Assembly: GCA_013239625.1 (NCBI GenBank)
Contig: MU053652.1
Span: forward strand, 7,245,902 to 7,309,901
Direction of reading: 5' to 3'
From: Lama guanicoe
Taxonomy: Eukaryota
Length of the DNA stretch: 64,000 nucleotides
The position numbers were made by a program, and so were the translations under genes. The notes beneath the pieces were generated by a model that saw only the letters and a program-made list of their open reading frames with translations, was not told the DNA's origin and did no database searches. Positions 13,199 to 25,140 of the stretch are shown one piece after another. Every line of letters begins with the position of its first letter. Position 1 is the first letter of the stretch.

Positions 13199-16100
13199 GT
13201 ATGATATTTAAGTTACTGTTTTATTAGAATACGGCTTTTGCTTGTGTCTTTCTCTGGTTAATTATTGTTAAATATATTTTAGGGGCAGCCTAGGACATAC
13301 AAAGTCAAAGCAGTGTTCATTTAAATTTCAAACAGTGTAATATATTACATATAACAACTAGATTCAGATACATACGTACAAGTATGTATATGTTTATCTG
13401 AAAGACATTTTGAAATTATACATTAAATTCAAGTGTTTGCATTTGTCTATCTTGTTGGATTTGTACATGTAATCTTAATGGGATCCAAGGTGATTATTGA
13501 GCCAAATAATAATCAGGAAGCTGCTTGTTACGTACAGTTGCTATTATTTTGGCCTCTGGATGTCACTCTTGTGTCATAAAAACAGCATGAAAGTCATCTC
13601 GAGCTAAATCAAGGAAGGGACCCTTAAAGCAAGTAAAGATAACGACATATTTTAAAAGAATGAAACTTTGAGTCAAATTTGGTTTTGTATTTTATCCTTT
13701 TGGTTTATTTTATCTAATATATATCTAGTAATCCATAATAGGAGACCATCATCTTTAATTTTCATTAGAGAAACTTCAGTTTCATTTTGTAAATGAACTG
13801 ATTTTTATTACAATGGATTATGATCATTTTTAGTGCTGATATTTTTCTATTTATAAAACAGTCACTTTAGAAAATAACATATATGTGTGAATATACATGT
13901 ATATAAACATTGGTATTATTTTCATGAACATCTCGTTTTAATATATTTATAGTGTATCAGAAAGTATTTTAATTAATTTCCATGTATCAGTTCATTTAAT
14001 TATCACTGTGAAGTTGGTACTGTTGTGAGTTGTTTTTTATACATGAGAAAACTGAACCACAGAGGAGATAAATGTCTTTCTCAATAGAGGTAGTGAGTGG
14101 TGGAACTTAACTGTGTCCTGTTTTTTGACATAGTAACTCTGTGATGAACTTCGCCTCCCTCCAGATGAAGTATAATTATGGGGATACAAGGAATTAAGTA
14201 AATGTTGCCCAATTACTTTCTGGTAAAGTTATCATAGTATGCATATGCTTTAGTGCATATGAGATTATCTGTTCCCCTACTCTCATACCAGTGCTTTTAT
14301 ACACCAATGCTTTTAAAAACTTGGCCATTTTGAGTGAAATGTGATATTTCATTAGCAGTATTTTAATCTGTACCAGGAGATAGACATAAAAACAGAAAGA
14401 CAGAGACACACACATACGCAAAAATGGAGTAAGACTGTTTATATGCCCTAAAAATAAAATAAAGCCATGATCTTGTCAGGCTTTATAAGAACTGTCCTTG
14501 TAGGGCCAACAGAGAGGATGTCAAATATGCCTTAGGGTCCTTCTGTGCTGTGCTGCTCCCCACCGGAGTCTATGCTAAAGCCAAGTTGGCCTTAAGGATC
14601 CAAAGGAAGCTTGAATAAAGACATCCCCTTAGCTCCTAATCCTATCTGTAATTACCAGGCGTCCCTCAAACTTTCAGTGTCATCTCCTGCCCGTCCTCAA
14701 TTCCCACCCCACCCTCCAGTCATATTGAACTGGTGACAATTCCTAAACCCAGTATATTTCTCTGTGCCATTCCATTGCTATTCTACTGAGAATTTCTGTT
14801 CTAATACATCTTCAGAAGTGAACTCAGTAATTCCCTTTATTTGGCAATTCTTATAAAATATTTAATGAGCATCTGCGTGCATAAGCGCTTTTCTGATGCA
14901 TCAGGCAGATCTGTGTGGTTCTAATTACATACCGCGTGAACTTCTAGTAGAACACTTTTCTTCTTGTATTATATTTGTGTTACAACTGTCTGTTTATAGA
15001 TTTGTTTCCATATTAGAATGTAAACTCCCTAAGGTCCAGATACATGTTATTTTAATCTACGTGTCTTCAGCACTAGAGTAGTACACCTGGCACATAACTG
15101 GCTCTCAGTAGAGATTTATTAGATACGTAAGTCCATCCAATGTAAAACACTTTACCTTACAGAGCCTTTTTAAAAAGTCAAATGAGAGTGTATGTGAAAG
15201 CACTTTAAAAGGGTTTCATCAAAATGTGAGCTATTTTTATGTTATCATATTTCTCAGTATCATAACTCTAACCATAGGCTAGGATCTAACTATAGTATGA
15301 TGTGGCTGAACTGTGGTTGCCAGCTATGGCAGAGCTGCAGGAGGAGGTATGGGAGCTGGGCAAGTTAAAACACAGCAGAGTTTGGTGTTCTTACCAAGAT
15401 TTAGCCACTTTTTAAAAAATAACACACCGTGGATTGTTGAAAGCCTTTGGTTGATTTCTAGAGTTCTGAAAACGTTGAATTTGACAGTTTTTGCCAGTAT
15501 TATTTTTGCTGTTATGGAAAAGTGTATTTTGGGACATTCTTACACTGCTATGCCAGAAACGCTTCCCCTCACAATTGAATTTTAGCATTATAAATTTTAC
15601 ACAAATTTTAGGAAATGCACAGAATCACTTTTATAAATCATATTCTCTTTCCCTGGGGAGGAAGAATTACCAACTTAAGTGAAAAGTTCACCAAGAAAGG
15701 TACCAGTGGGTTTGTGTTATCATTGGTAATGCTGCTTTCTAATAATGGTACATCGTTGAGCATGCTGTTTCTTCTCAGCCAACATGATTTTAATGTCCAC
15801 CTGTCATAGCATTAGGGTAAGTGGGATGATTTTCACAGTAAAAAAAATGAACAAACACTATACATGAATTCATATTACACAGTCTGTTCACATCAAACTG
15901 AAAAGATTTAGTTCAAATTATTATTATATACTAGTAGTATATAGCAAATTTAATAGGAATCCTGTCATTTTATGGCTCACAACTTTACTCCTTTTAGATC
16001 ATTTGAACCATAGTGTTCCTTGCATAAAGAGCAATTTGTACAAATTTAAAGTTATGGTTAATATTTTACAAACTTTATATTTTGTTCAAGTCTCAGCATT

Positions 16101-16329
16101 TTTGCTCAGTGCTTTCTTTAATCAAAGAATAAGATCCTAAGTTTACAAATTATTTTAACAATAAATGTATAAGTGTATGAAGTGTCTTAACTTCATGGCA
16201 TGCATTGCCTTTTTCTGTTAGTCCTTTTAGTCTTATTATATATATCTCATGTGGTACTTAATAGGTACTCCATTTTTGCCTATTCTATACTTGTAATACT
16301 TGAAGGATTTATTTATTCTCTTTTAATAG

Positions 16330-16465
16330 GAGGTACACTCAGTGAAATCTGTAAACTCTCAAACAAGTTTCATAGTGTAATTCCTGTGAGATCTGGCCCA
16401 GAAGACCTGGAAGTCCTCGACCTTTCAGCACCATTCCTTATACAAAGGAAAATGCATCACTATGG
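16330..16465 (+). CDS. POT1: POT1 coding exon (HJR-like domain)
   Basis: ttttaatag|GAGGTA...CTATGG|gtatgt, 136 nt; (G)[44 protein letters not shown]. Confidence 0.98.
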
Positions 16466-16520
16466 GTATGTTTTCAATAATGGTAATTTGGGGAATTTTT
16501 ATTTTTATTTATCTATTGCT

Positions 16521-16735
16521 TATTTTTTTTTTTTACTTTTTTTTTTGAGGAATAACCACTTTAAAATGTGTCAATTTCCAGTGTGGAGCACAATTTTTCA
16601 GTTATACATGAACATACCTATATTCATTGTCACTTTTTTTTTTTGCTGTGAGCTACCACAAGATCTTGTATATATTTCCCTGTGCTATGCAGTCTAATCT
16701 TGTTTATCTATTCTACATATGCCTGTCAGTATCTC
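16521..16735 (-). mobile_element. Lineage-specific L1 3' end (same family as 34408-37879)
   Basis: polyT then gtgtcaatttccagtgtggagcacaatttttcag...gagctaccacaagatcttgtatatatttccctgtgct, similar to 34480-34630 in this window. Confidence 0.85.
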
Positions 16736-18629
16736 ACTTGTTACTATATAGTGAATGGATACTTACTGAGTACCAATTTATGTGTACTAGATTTTTTGGT
16801 ATGTATCTGTTCTTTGGATGGCATATATATTGAGTGCCTACAGTGTGCTAGGTGTAAGGCTACCCCAAAGGCTGAAATATTCCTTTATTTTCTTTCATAA
16901 GAATTTACATACTAGTTACAGAGAAAGGTTCAGAGCTGCATCCTAGTAAAAGTTAAGTGATTGAACTCCAGATTTTCAGTGCCACAAAGTTATAAGTTAG
17001 TTGCCACTGAGAAACTGGAAGATACCAGAATCCATTAGGAACTAGAAACAGGTGTCCAGGTTTGGAAGGAGGCAGTGCAGATAGAATCTGTTTCCGCTTG
17101 ATGAAACAGTCACCCTGGTAGTGCCCTGCTTTGAGAAACCCTGGATTGTAGAATACATCTTGTCATACCATCCCTCTCCTTTTCCATCTCCCAAATATCA
17201 AATTCTGGCTTTTTTTTTTTTTTCTTCTTTTTAAGAGGTCACTGACATGGACCTGAGCGTGTAGCTCATCCTGACTCATTTGCGCTCTCTCCTCTCCCTC
17301 TGTTCTTTTTGTCTTGCCTTCCTAGTATCAGTCACCTTGGCCAGTCTAGAACCAGAAAAGCAAATATTAGTTATAAACTTTGGACCATTCTTCACTTACT
17401 GGAAGTCAAAAAGAAAAAAAAAACATTCTATTCAGGCTTATATTTTAGTAGGTCTCATAAGTAAATACTTATGACTAGATTTTAGTTTTTTAATAGATGA
17501 GTTTAAAATATGCTAATTACTGATACATTTAGGTTTTACTTCTACATTTTGTGTTGTTTTCCACTTATCATGCTATTCTTATTTCCCTTCCTCTCCTTTT
17601 TTTATTACTATTTTGCTAATTTTTATCTCCAGTCTTCTATTGGCTTGACTTATAAAAATGTTATTTTTCTCCTTTTCCCTCTTGTACTACTGTGAAAATA
17701 ATGGATTCTCTAATTTCTACTTATTATCCTTAATTTTTAATTTGTGTACTTACTTTATTAATGTCTAAAGTTAAATATCGCAGCCTTATTTTAAGGCAAT
17801 AATACTCATTATTGGATTATCTTTTTCTGTTAAAGAAAAAAACTTCTATGTATTAGAAGAATGGAAGAGGATAACATTTAATATAGTTACCCTTTGTTTT
17901 ACCCCAGCTTGCAGATGAAAAGAAGTCTGCATGCATCTTTGAATGTTTATTTTTATATTTTTATTCACGCATACGTTCTTATCAACATCTTCTAAATGTT
18001 AATATATAATAAAAAGTGTAAATAAAAAGTATAATAAATGCAAATAAAAATTGCTTGTATTTAAAATGTTTGTAGGTAAGTAAAACATACCTATACTAAA
18101 TGATGTGCAATTTTAGTATATTTATACTGTTATATTGGTTTGTATTACAAAAGATAACTACAGTATAACGTATCATAAACTATGATTCCCCTTTGTACTA
18201 GTACTGACTTCTTTAGTTAGAATAATTTTTCTCCTATTGGTTTATGTTTAATTAAGAACTTCACAGTTACATACTGTTCACAGAGCCATAAAATGAAATA
18301 GTCCTTAGAGATTGTCTCTTTAAACTTTTTTGTTTTACCAGATAGGAAAATAGCCAGATTAATTAACAGTCTGCATCTGGAACCACTCTGATTCTCAATG
18401 TACAGGTGTTTATTCTGAATCGTACTCTTTTTTGATTGCTTCTGTTGTAAGAAGCTTTTTTTTTTAATAATTCTGTTTGTAATATACATATTACAATATA
18501 GGAGGTGCGGTGCTCTTGTTTAATAATACACTTTTTAAACTGCATGCTTGAACAGCTAAAATGGTAAATAATAATTAAATGAGTTATAATAAATTATTTT
18601 TACTGTTTTTTTGCTTTTATTAATTTCAG

Positions 18630-18718
18630 ATGTAAACAATGTTCTAATCTGAGACCAATACAAAATCTAAATTCCCTGGTTGATAAAAGATCGTGGATTC
18701 CTTCTTCTGTGGCAGAAG
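18630..18718 (+). CDS. POT1: POT1 coding exon (second Zn pair CKQC)
   Basis: aatttcag|ATGTAA...GCAGAAG|gttggc, 89 nt; (G)[29 protein letters not shown]. Confidence 0.97.
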
Positions 18719-19009
18719 GTTGGCTAAAGTTCTATGTCCTATAATTGTAGCTGTCTTGTATAAGGTGATCTCACTGATTATATTTCAGTATTTGCAGGTA
18801 TAGTAAAACCAGAGTAAAGGCTGAGCTAAAGTTTAATTTTCCTTAAGCAAAACCATTCATGGTGGTTATAACAAAAGTATAGAGTAAATGCTCAAAACAC
18901 TTAAAAGCTTACTTTCAAGCATCTGCCAGTATTTTTAATTTACACTTTAATGTTCAGTAATCTTAGTATTAATCATTAGTTATAAGTACAACTTGTGAAA
19001 AATCTCTAC

Positions 19010-19920
19010 AGTTCATAGTATCTTGGGATGGAAAAAGGTTTTAGAGATTGCTATTACAGCTTTTTACCCAATACAAGCTTTTAGCTGGAACAAGAAGAAT
19101 CTTTGTATATCACATTATTAACTGTGGTCATCTAGCCTTGGCTTAAAACTCTTCAGTGACAGGGGGCTCATTACACTGCAAGGTAACATGTCCCTTAATT
19201 TTTAGGTACAGTACTTAACAGTGAGGTAAAATCTGCTTGCCTATAATTTTAACATGGGCCACATTCTGTCTACTAGAATTAGGGTACTTCTGTTCCTGCT
19301 TCTGTAGGATGACAGACTGTACATTTGGAGGTAATCTGTCAAGCCTTCATTGAGTCTGTTTCTCCAAGCAGGCATCCTCACTTCCTTTCCTATTTCACTG
19401 CATTCCTTACTATTTTATTTCTCCTCTTCAGTAAACATTCCATTTTACCAATGCTCTTTTCAGAGTTTGGCACTTACAGCTGAAAATAGGGCTGCAGATG
19501 TTGGCCAATTCATGAGTATGAAGAAAACATTTATTTCCCTAAAATTGGACACTGCTTCTACTTACCTGAAAATCTTATTGTATAGATATATTTATTTGTA
19601 TACTTGGTTTTGTTTCCTCTCTCTTTTAATCCAGCTGCATGATACTGCTATCTTATATTTTGTTTGGGGTCCAGTGGGGTTCCAGGTTACTTTCACATGA
19701 GCTTCTTGCTGTGTGCTTCAGCCTTGTTCTTCTCCTCAGCCGATACTTAATGTAGTTCTTTGTTTGCTTATGTGGTTGGTCCCTCAGGATAGGTTTTATG
19801 TTCTTCCTTCTTGGTTTTAGCTCGCATTTTATGCCTATTGAGATCTTTTGAATCTTAGAATTCACTTCCTCTGTATTAACAATTTCTCTCCTGTCTGTAT
19901 GCCCTAATTCATGTCTGTAT
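19010..19920 (-). mobile_element. CR1/L3 LINE remnant
   Basis: catctagccttggcttaaaactcttcagtgacagggggctcattacactgcaagg and downstream CR1-like motifs. Confidence 0.55.
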
Positions 19921-20580
19921 GCCCTAATTTATTCTTCTTACTTGCCTCCTTTGTTAGTCCTATTTGAACATGAATTCCACAAATGGAAGACAATATTCCA
20001 TTCTCTAAGCCTATTGAATGTCTTCCATTTCCAGATACAACATAAGATGTTTATTTTTACCTATAAATTTTCATATGATTAAGTATCTCTTTAATTTCTT
20101 TCTTTTTTCTCATCTTACCAAATTATGAAATCCCAGATTCTGATTTCATTCAACCATATAGCTCTTAAAAAATAAGTGATCCCTTTGCTTACAATACAAA
20201 GGAGAGAAACATGTTACAAAATCCTAAATATTATACTGCATGCTATTTTTTTAGAACATTCTGGTACTTTAATTTTGTCTTTCATAAAGCCAACATGCAA
20301 TGAATTGTCTTTCACAAATCAATTTTTGTTTTCCATTGAGATCAACTCATTTTAAAGACATGCTATATTAATATTTAATCAAAAAAAAGATACAATTGCT
20401 CGTGAGTCATTGTCCCCATATTGGTATAATGTAATGTTCCAAAAGGAACCTTTTAAAATGAGCTTAATATTTTAGAGAACAAAAAGATATATGTATAAGT
20501 TTTTTATCTTGAATTATCTTAGTAAACAAAATTAACATATGTAATATCATAAAGCAATTTTTTCTTTACTTTGATTATAA

Positions 20581-20751
<171 letters not shown>

Positions 20752-21111
20752 TAAAAGATAGTACTTTTTTGAATTTTAATATATTTATTTATGCTTACTT
20801 GATTACTGAGAAGAGTTAAGGCAACTCAGAAGAATAAATAAAAGACAAGTACATAAATCTTAAATGGTCTATGTATTTATCTCTCTTTTAATTTGATACT
20901 GTAAAATTTAATATCTGAATAATGAAAAATTCAGGAATAAGAATTTGAGGAAAGAGTTATTGTCCATACTAGGCAGAAGTTCTCTGGGAGCCAAAGGCAG
21001 AAGTGTGGCCACACCCACAGGCATTATCTATTGGTATTTCATTGGGCTTTTTAAGCCTCTATATTTCATATTAGAGGGAACAATAGTACTTTGATAGGGA
21101 GCTAGTTATAT

Positions 21112-21747
21112 TGTGTGAAGCTACGGAGCTGTCCACAAGGTCACCTTCATTTTCTGACTATTCTAAGTTAGGGGATTCCCAAACCCCCCCATTACTTCTG
21201 ACACCAGTTTCAAGTTAAGAGGTCCTCAAGACCAACCTTCATTTTGATAATTCACTAGAAAGACTCACAGGACTTACTGAAAGCTATTATTCTTACTGTT
21301 ACAATTTATTACAGTAAAGGATACAGATTTTAATCATCAAGGGAAGAGGTGCATAGGGCATAGTCTAGGAATGTTTCAAACATGGAACCTTGGTTTGTTT
21401 GCTTCCCATAAAGTAGTGGACAGTGTTGCCTTCCTGGAAATGATGTGTAACAGTACACGTGAGGTACTGCCAACCAGGGAAACTCAACTAAGCCTTAGTG
21501 TTGAGAGTTTTTGTTGGCGTGCTAGTCGTGATTGGCTGCCCATGTGACTGCTCTCAGTCTTCAGCCCTACCAGCGGTCAAGTTAACACCACATGCTCCAA
21601 AGTCCCCGCTCTAAATCACAATGTTAATGTGACCCAAGGTCTCCAGGCAAACAGGGACCCTCCAATGAGGCATGATGTTCCAAGGGCTTAGAGATTACCT
21701 CTCAGAAACCAAGGGCAAAGGCCAGTGAGGTTAAATTTTTCACTACA
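21112..21747 (-). mobile_element. MER21-type solo LTR
   Basis: TG...CA ends, TSD tatat/tacat; tgataattcactagaaagactcacagg...ttattacagtaaaggatacagat and caagggcttagagattacc motifs. Confidence 0.8.
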
Positions 21748-21799
21748 TACATTGGGAAAGAATCTGGGGTCAGGTTGAGAGGAGAATTTTTCTCCTGCC

Positions 21800-21950
21800 T
21801 AAGCAGTTCATTTATCCACTTATTAAATAAATAGTTAATGAGCACCTGCTATGTGCCAAGTAGTAGTCTTTGTGATGGGTGTATAGCGATGCGTGAAGCA
21901 AGCAAAATCCTTCCCTCCTGAAACTTACAATCTAGTAGAGAAGAAAAATG
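21800..21950 (-). mobile_element. L2 3' end remnant
   Basis: ttcatttatccac...aatgagcacctgctatgtgccaag...cttacaatctagt. Confidence 0.6.
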
Positions 21951-22312
21951 AAACAAAGATATACTGTATATTACACCTTTTTAAACTTAACACCTAGACA
22001 TTGTAGGAACTCAGTTATATTCTGTCAAGAGAATAGTAAGCCTCTCTGTATTCTAATCATTATTCTTATGATAAGTCAAAGTAGTTTAACTTGATTTTAT
22101 AGATAAATATATTTCAAAGCTGTTTATAGAATAAAGTGGTAAATCAGATATTAGAGTTTAGATTAGCACTCTAGTTGATGCATTCTACTATCTTGATAGG
22201 GTGAAATAGTCTAGAATATTTTAATTAGATAATATTCAAATACTTTTTTATTAATTATAACTTCTAAAGAAGATAAATATCATTTCCTTGTTTGTTCTAT
22301 AATTTTTTTAAG

Positions 22313-22418
22313 GAAAAATTCTTCCAGATTCCAGCATCAGAAGTCCTACTCAATGACAACCTTCAGCAAAGTATAGATATGATCATGGATATGTTTTGTC
22401 CTCCAGAAGTAAAAATTG
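22313..22418 (+). CDS. POT1: POT1 penultimate coding exon (OB3)
   Basis: tttttaag|GAAAAA...AAATTG|gtaggc, 106 nt; [35 protein letters not shown]. Confidence 0.97.
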
Positions 22419-23967
22419 GTAGGCAGTAATATTTTAATAATCCCATTCATTCTTTTTCTTGAAATAACACCTAGCATATGGCTAATCTATCGACTTTAAA
22501 AGGCATAGAAGCTTTGAAATCTGAATTCAGGTAAGTTGCTAAGTAGCAATTGATTATACTGCATGGTCTACCTGCGGATGAAGACATTAGCAGGGATGCA
22601 ATAGGTAAGAATCATAATTTCTGAAATGAAAAGATTTTTTAAATGTTTTAAAATGTCACAAAGGGCAGGTAGTTTTGATCTCAAGCACATTTAATACTAT
22701 GTTTATGCATACAAACATTAAACCAACAGGGATGAAATTTTGACAGGAAACATTTCTGACAACAAACCCCATTTAGCCAGTTTAATTCATTGATGAATTC
22801 TCTGTTCAGTATTAACTAGTTTCAGATTTTACAAGTTTTTCATTTTACTAGGTATTTCTGTCAGGTTTAGTTTTTTTCTGTGTAACATTTGATTCATCAA
22901 CCAGCCTTCAGGTCAAATTTTATTGATTACACCTGCTACCACTGAGTTTTCTTTTGTGGCCATTATTTCCATTTATAATGAAACTTGCAGATCTAAATCA
23001 TACTCAGACAATTTGACTTCTGCCAGCAATGTTTCATCAGTAGCAGATTTGACCAGCTGCAGATTTAGCTGTTGTCAGTTTAACTCTTATAGGTTATTTT
23101 CAACCAGGCTTTATTTTTCCCTGGTCAATCTTTGCAATTTACAACAATCGAAAAAAATTAGTTTTTGTGCATTTTTAGCTAGGTTTTAATTTATATACTT
23201 TTATTTGATGTTTGGCTGTTTGGATTCTTTTGGATAGATTTCTGGAAATCAAACTGACATGTCAAAAAGCAAGGGGCTGGTAGGCCTTTGATACATACTG
23301 CCAGGTTGCTTTTCCAGAGTATTTTACCTATTTACAGCTCTACCAGCAGTGCAGGAGAATGCCTCTCTTGCTTGACCCTTGCCCAATATTGAAGACAAAA
23401 TTAAATGTCTTTCAAATTCAAAGTTGAAGAAATATTAAGAGAGTATTCTAGAAGTTATAAATAGACTGTGGTCATGACCAGAGCTTGGAAATGGCATCTT
23501 TGACTGCCAACGTGCCTGGATTCAGCACCTGTTACCTGATGGACGTTTCAGAAGACAGATGTAAGGTATTGAGCTGGTTTCTTTGTAGTCAGCTAAGGAG
23601 GAAAAAAAACAAAACAAAACAAACAAACAAAAACAGATGAGATCAGTAAGCAATAATCAGGAGGGAAAAAAAGGAATAAAAATTGGAAATGATTTAGGTT
23701 ACAGCCTTTGCCATCAAACATTTTGAAAACCTCACATTGAATTAGTCTTTCCTGTTGGGAAAAAAATCAAATCAGAATTGCTGCCGAACAATAACGAATC
23801 CATTGTTCATTTGGAAGAGTAAGGATATGAAATTTGGTGAGTGTATTTATTTACTTTTCAAGCTAAATTAAAGATGTTAATTTTTCTATCTAATCATTAT
23901 GCTTAGATACATATTTTAGAGTTGTTTAATTTCAGTGGTTCAAAAGCATATTCTTTTTGATTTGTAG

Positions 23968-24080
23968 ATGCGTATCCATGGTTGGAGTGCTTCATCAAGT
24001 CGTATAATGTCACAAGTGGAACAGAGCAGCAAATTTGCTATCAGATTTTTGACACCACAGTTGCAGAAGACCTTATCTAA
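23968..24080 (+). CDS. POT1: POT1 final coding exon to stop codon
   Basis: tttgtag|ATGCGT...ATCTAA, 113 nt; (D)[36 protein letters not shown], the POT1 C-terminus. Confidence 0.98.
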
Positions 24081-25140
24081 TTTTGACATTCAACTTAGCA
24101 TATGTAAAATATTTTAATTTTAGAAAACATTACTATTTTTTATGAGATTGCTATAAAACACATACACGAGTTAGCTCTGTATTTTCCATTTTAACAGCTA
24201 TCTAAAAAAATTTTAACAAATAGACATTACATTATCTTAACTCCCTCTTGTAAGTTAAAAATGTTCCTGTTGCTCAGAATACCCAGTATGCTGGCTGCGA
24301 AGGATATATAAAGAGAGACATCAAATAAATAAGGACTGTTTTCATTTACTCTCTGCAGTCCTTTCAAAGAAGATATTTTGTTACCCTACCCTAAAAAATC
24401 ACTCTCCCTTTTGGTTTTTCCACATATCAGCCACTGATTGCTCTGCCATCCACCATCCCTGGTTGAGCTGCTTTTTCTGCCCTGATTTTTACATCAGCAG
24501 TGGTTGGTGATTTTAGCATGCGTATGGGATTAGGAAATGTCCTTACCTTAAATCTCTCCACTTCTACTGAGTGCAAGGATTTGTTTGATTTGTTTTGTTT
24601 TTGTACAAAGGAATCTGCTTAAACAAGTACTCCTGGAAGAGGTGCTGGTCTGAGTGAGCTACAGTGTGCTTGAGAGAGTGATTTGCTCTAAGTGGAAGTG
24701 CCAGAATTGCTTCCTTTAGGTGTTGATACTGACCAACGGAGGATAAATCCATTTTTTTCAGACCCGAATTATGTGCTTTTATTGCTTGTTTCTCTGCATG
24801 TTATTGGAAGTTATTCCATTGCACTTCAACCTAATCAAGTGATCAGATTGGCCGCGTCAGTGACTTATTTATATTACCCTTCTCGTTAGAGTCTTGTATA
24901 AACTGTGCTCATGTTTCAGATTGAACATTGAAGTGTTAAATCAGTATGATATAGGCTGCTTTTTACCTGACGAGGTTTGTCAGATTTAAAATCATGAACA
25001 TTCAGTTTTATACAAATATTTCTGTATATTTGTATAGATGTATAGATTTATGTATGTTATTTGCTAAGGGCTGAGAGATACAGATCTCCCTAGTTCAGTA
25101 ATAGTAAAGAATAAATAAATGCACGCATTTTAACTGTTTT
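24081..25140 (+). other. POT1: POT1 3' UTR (end uncertain) with candidate polyA signals
   Basis: Follows the stop codon; AATAAA at 24324-24329 and overlapping pair at 25110-25119 followed by T/GT-rich sequence; further AATAAA at 26104 and 26603. Confidence 0.55.

Noticed and set aside
24380..24395. ttaccctaccctaa, a telomere-like motif in the POT1 3'UTR
   Set aside because: Only one perfect CCCTAA unit; expected by chance. I saw no TTAGGG arrays in the window.
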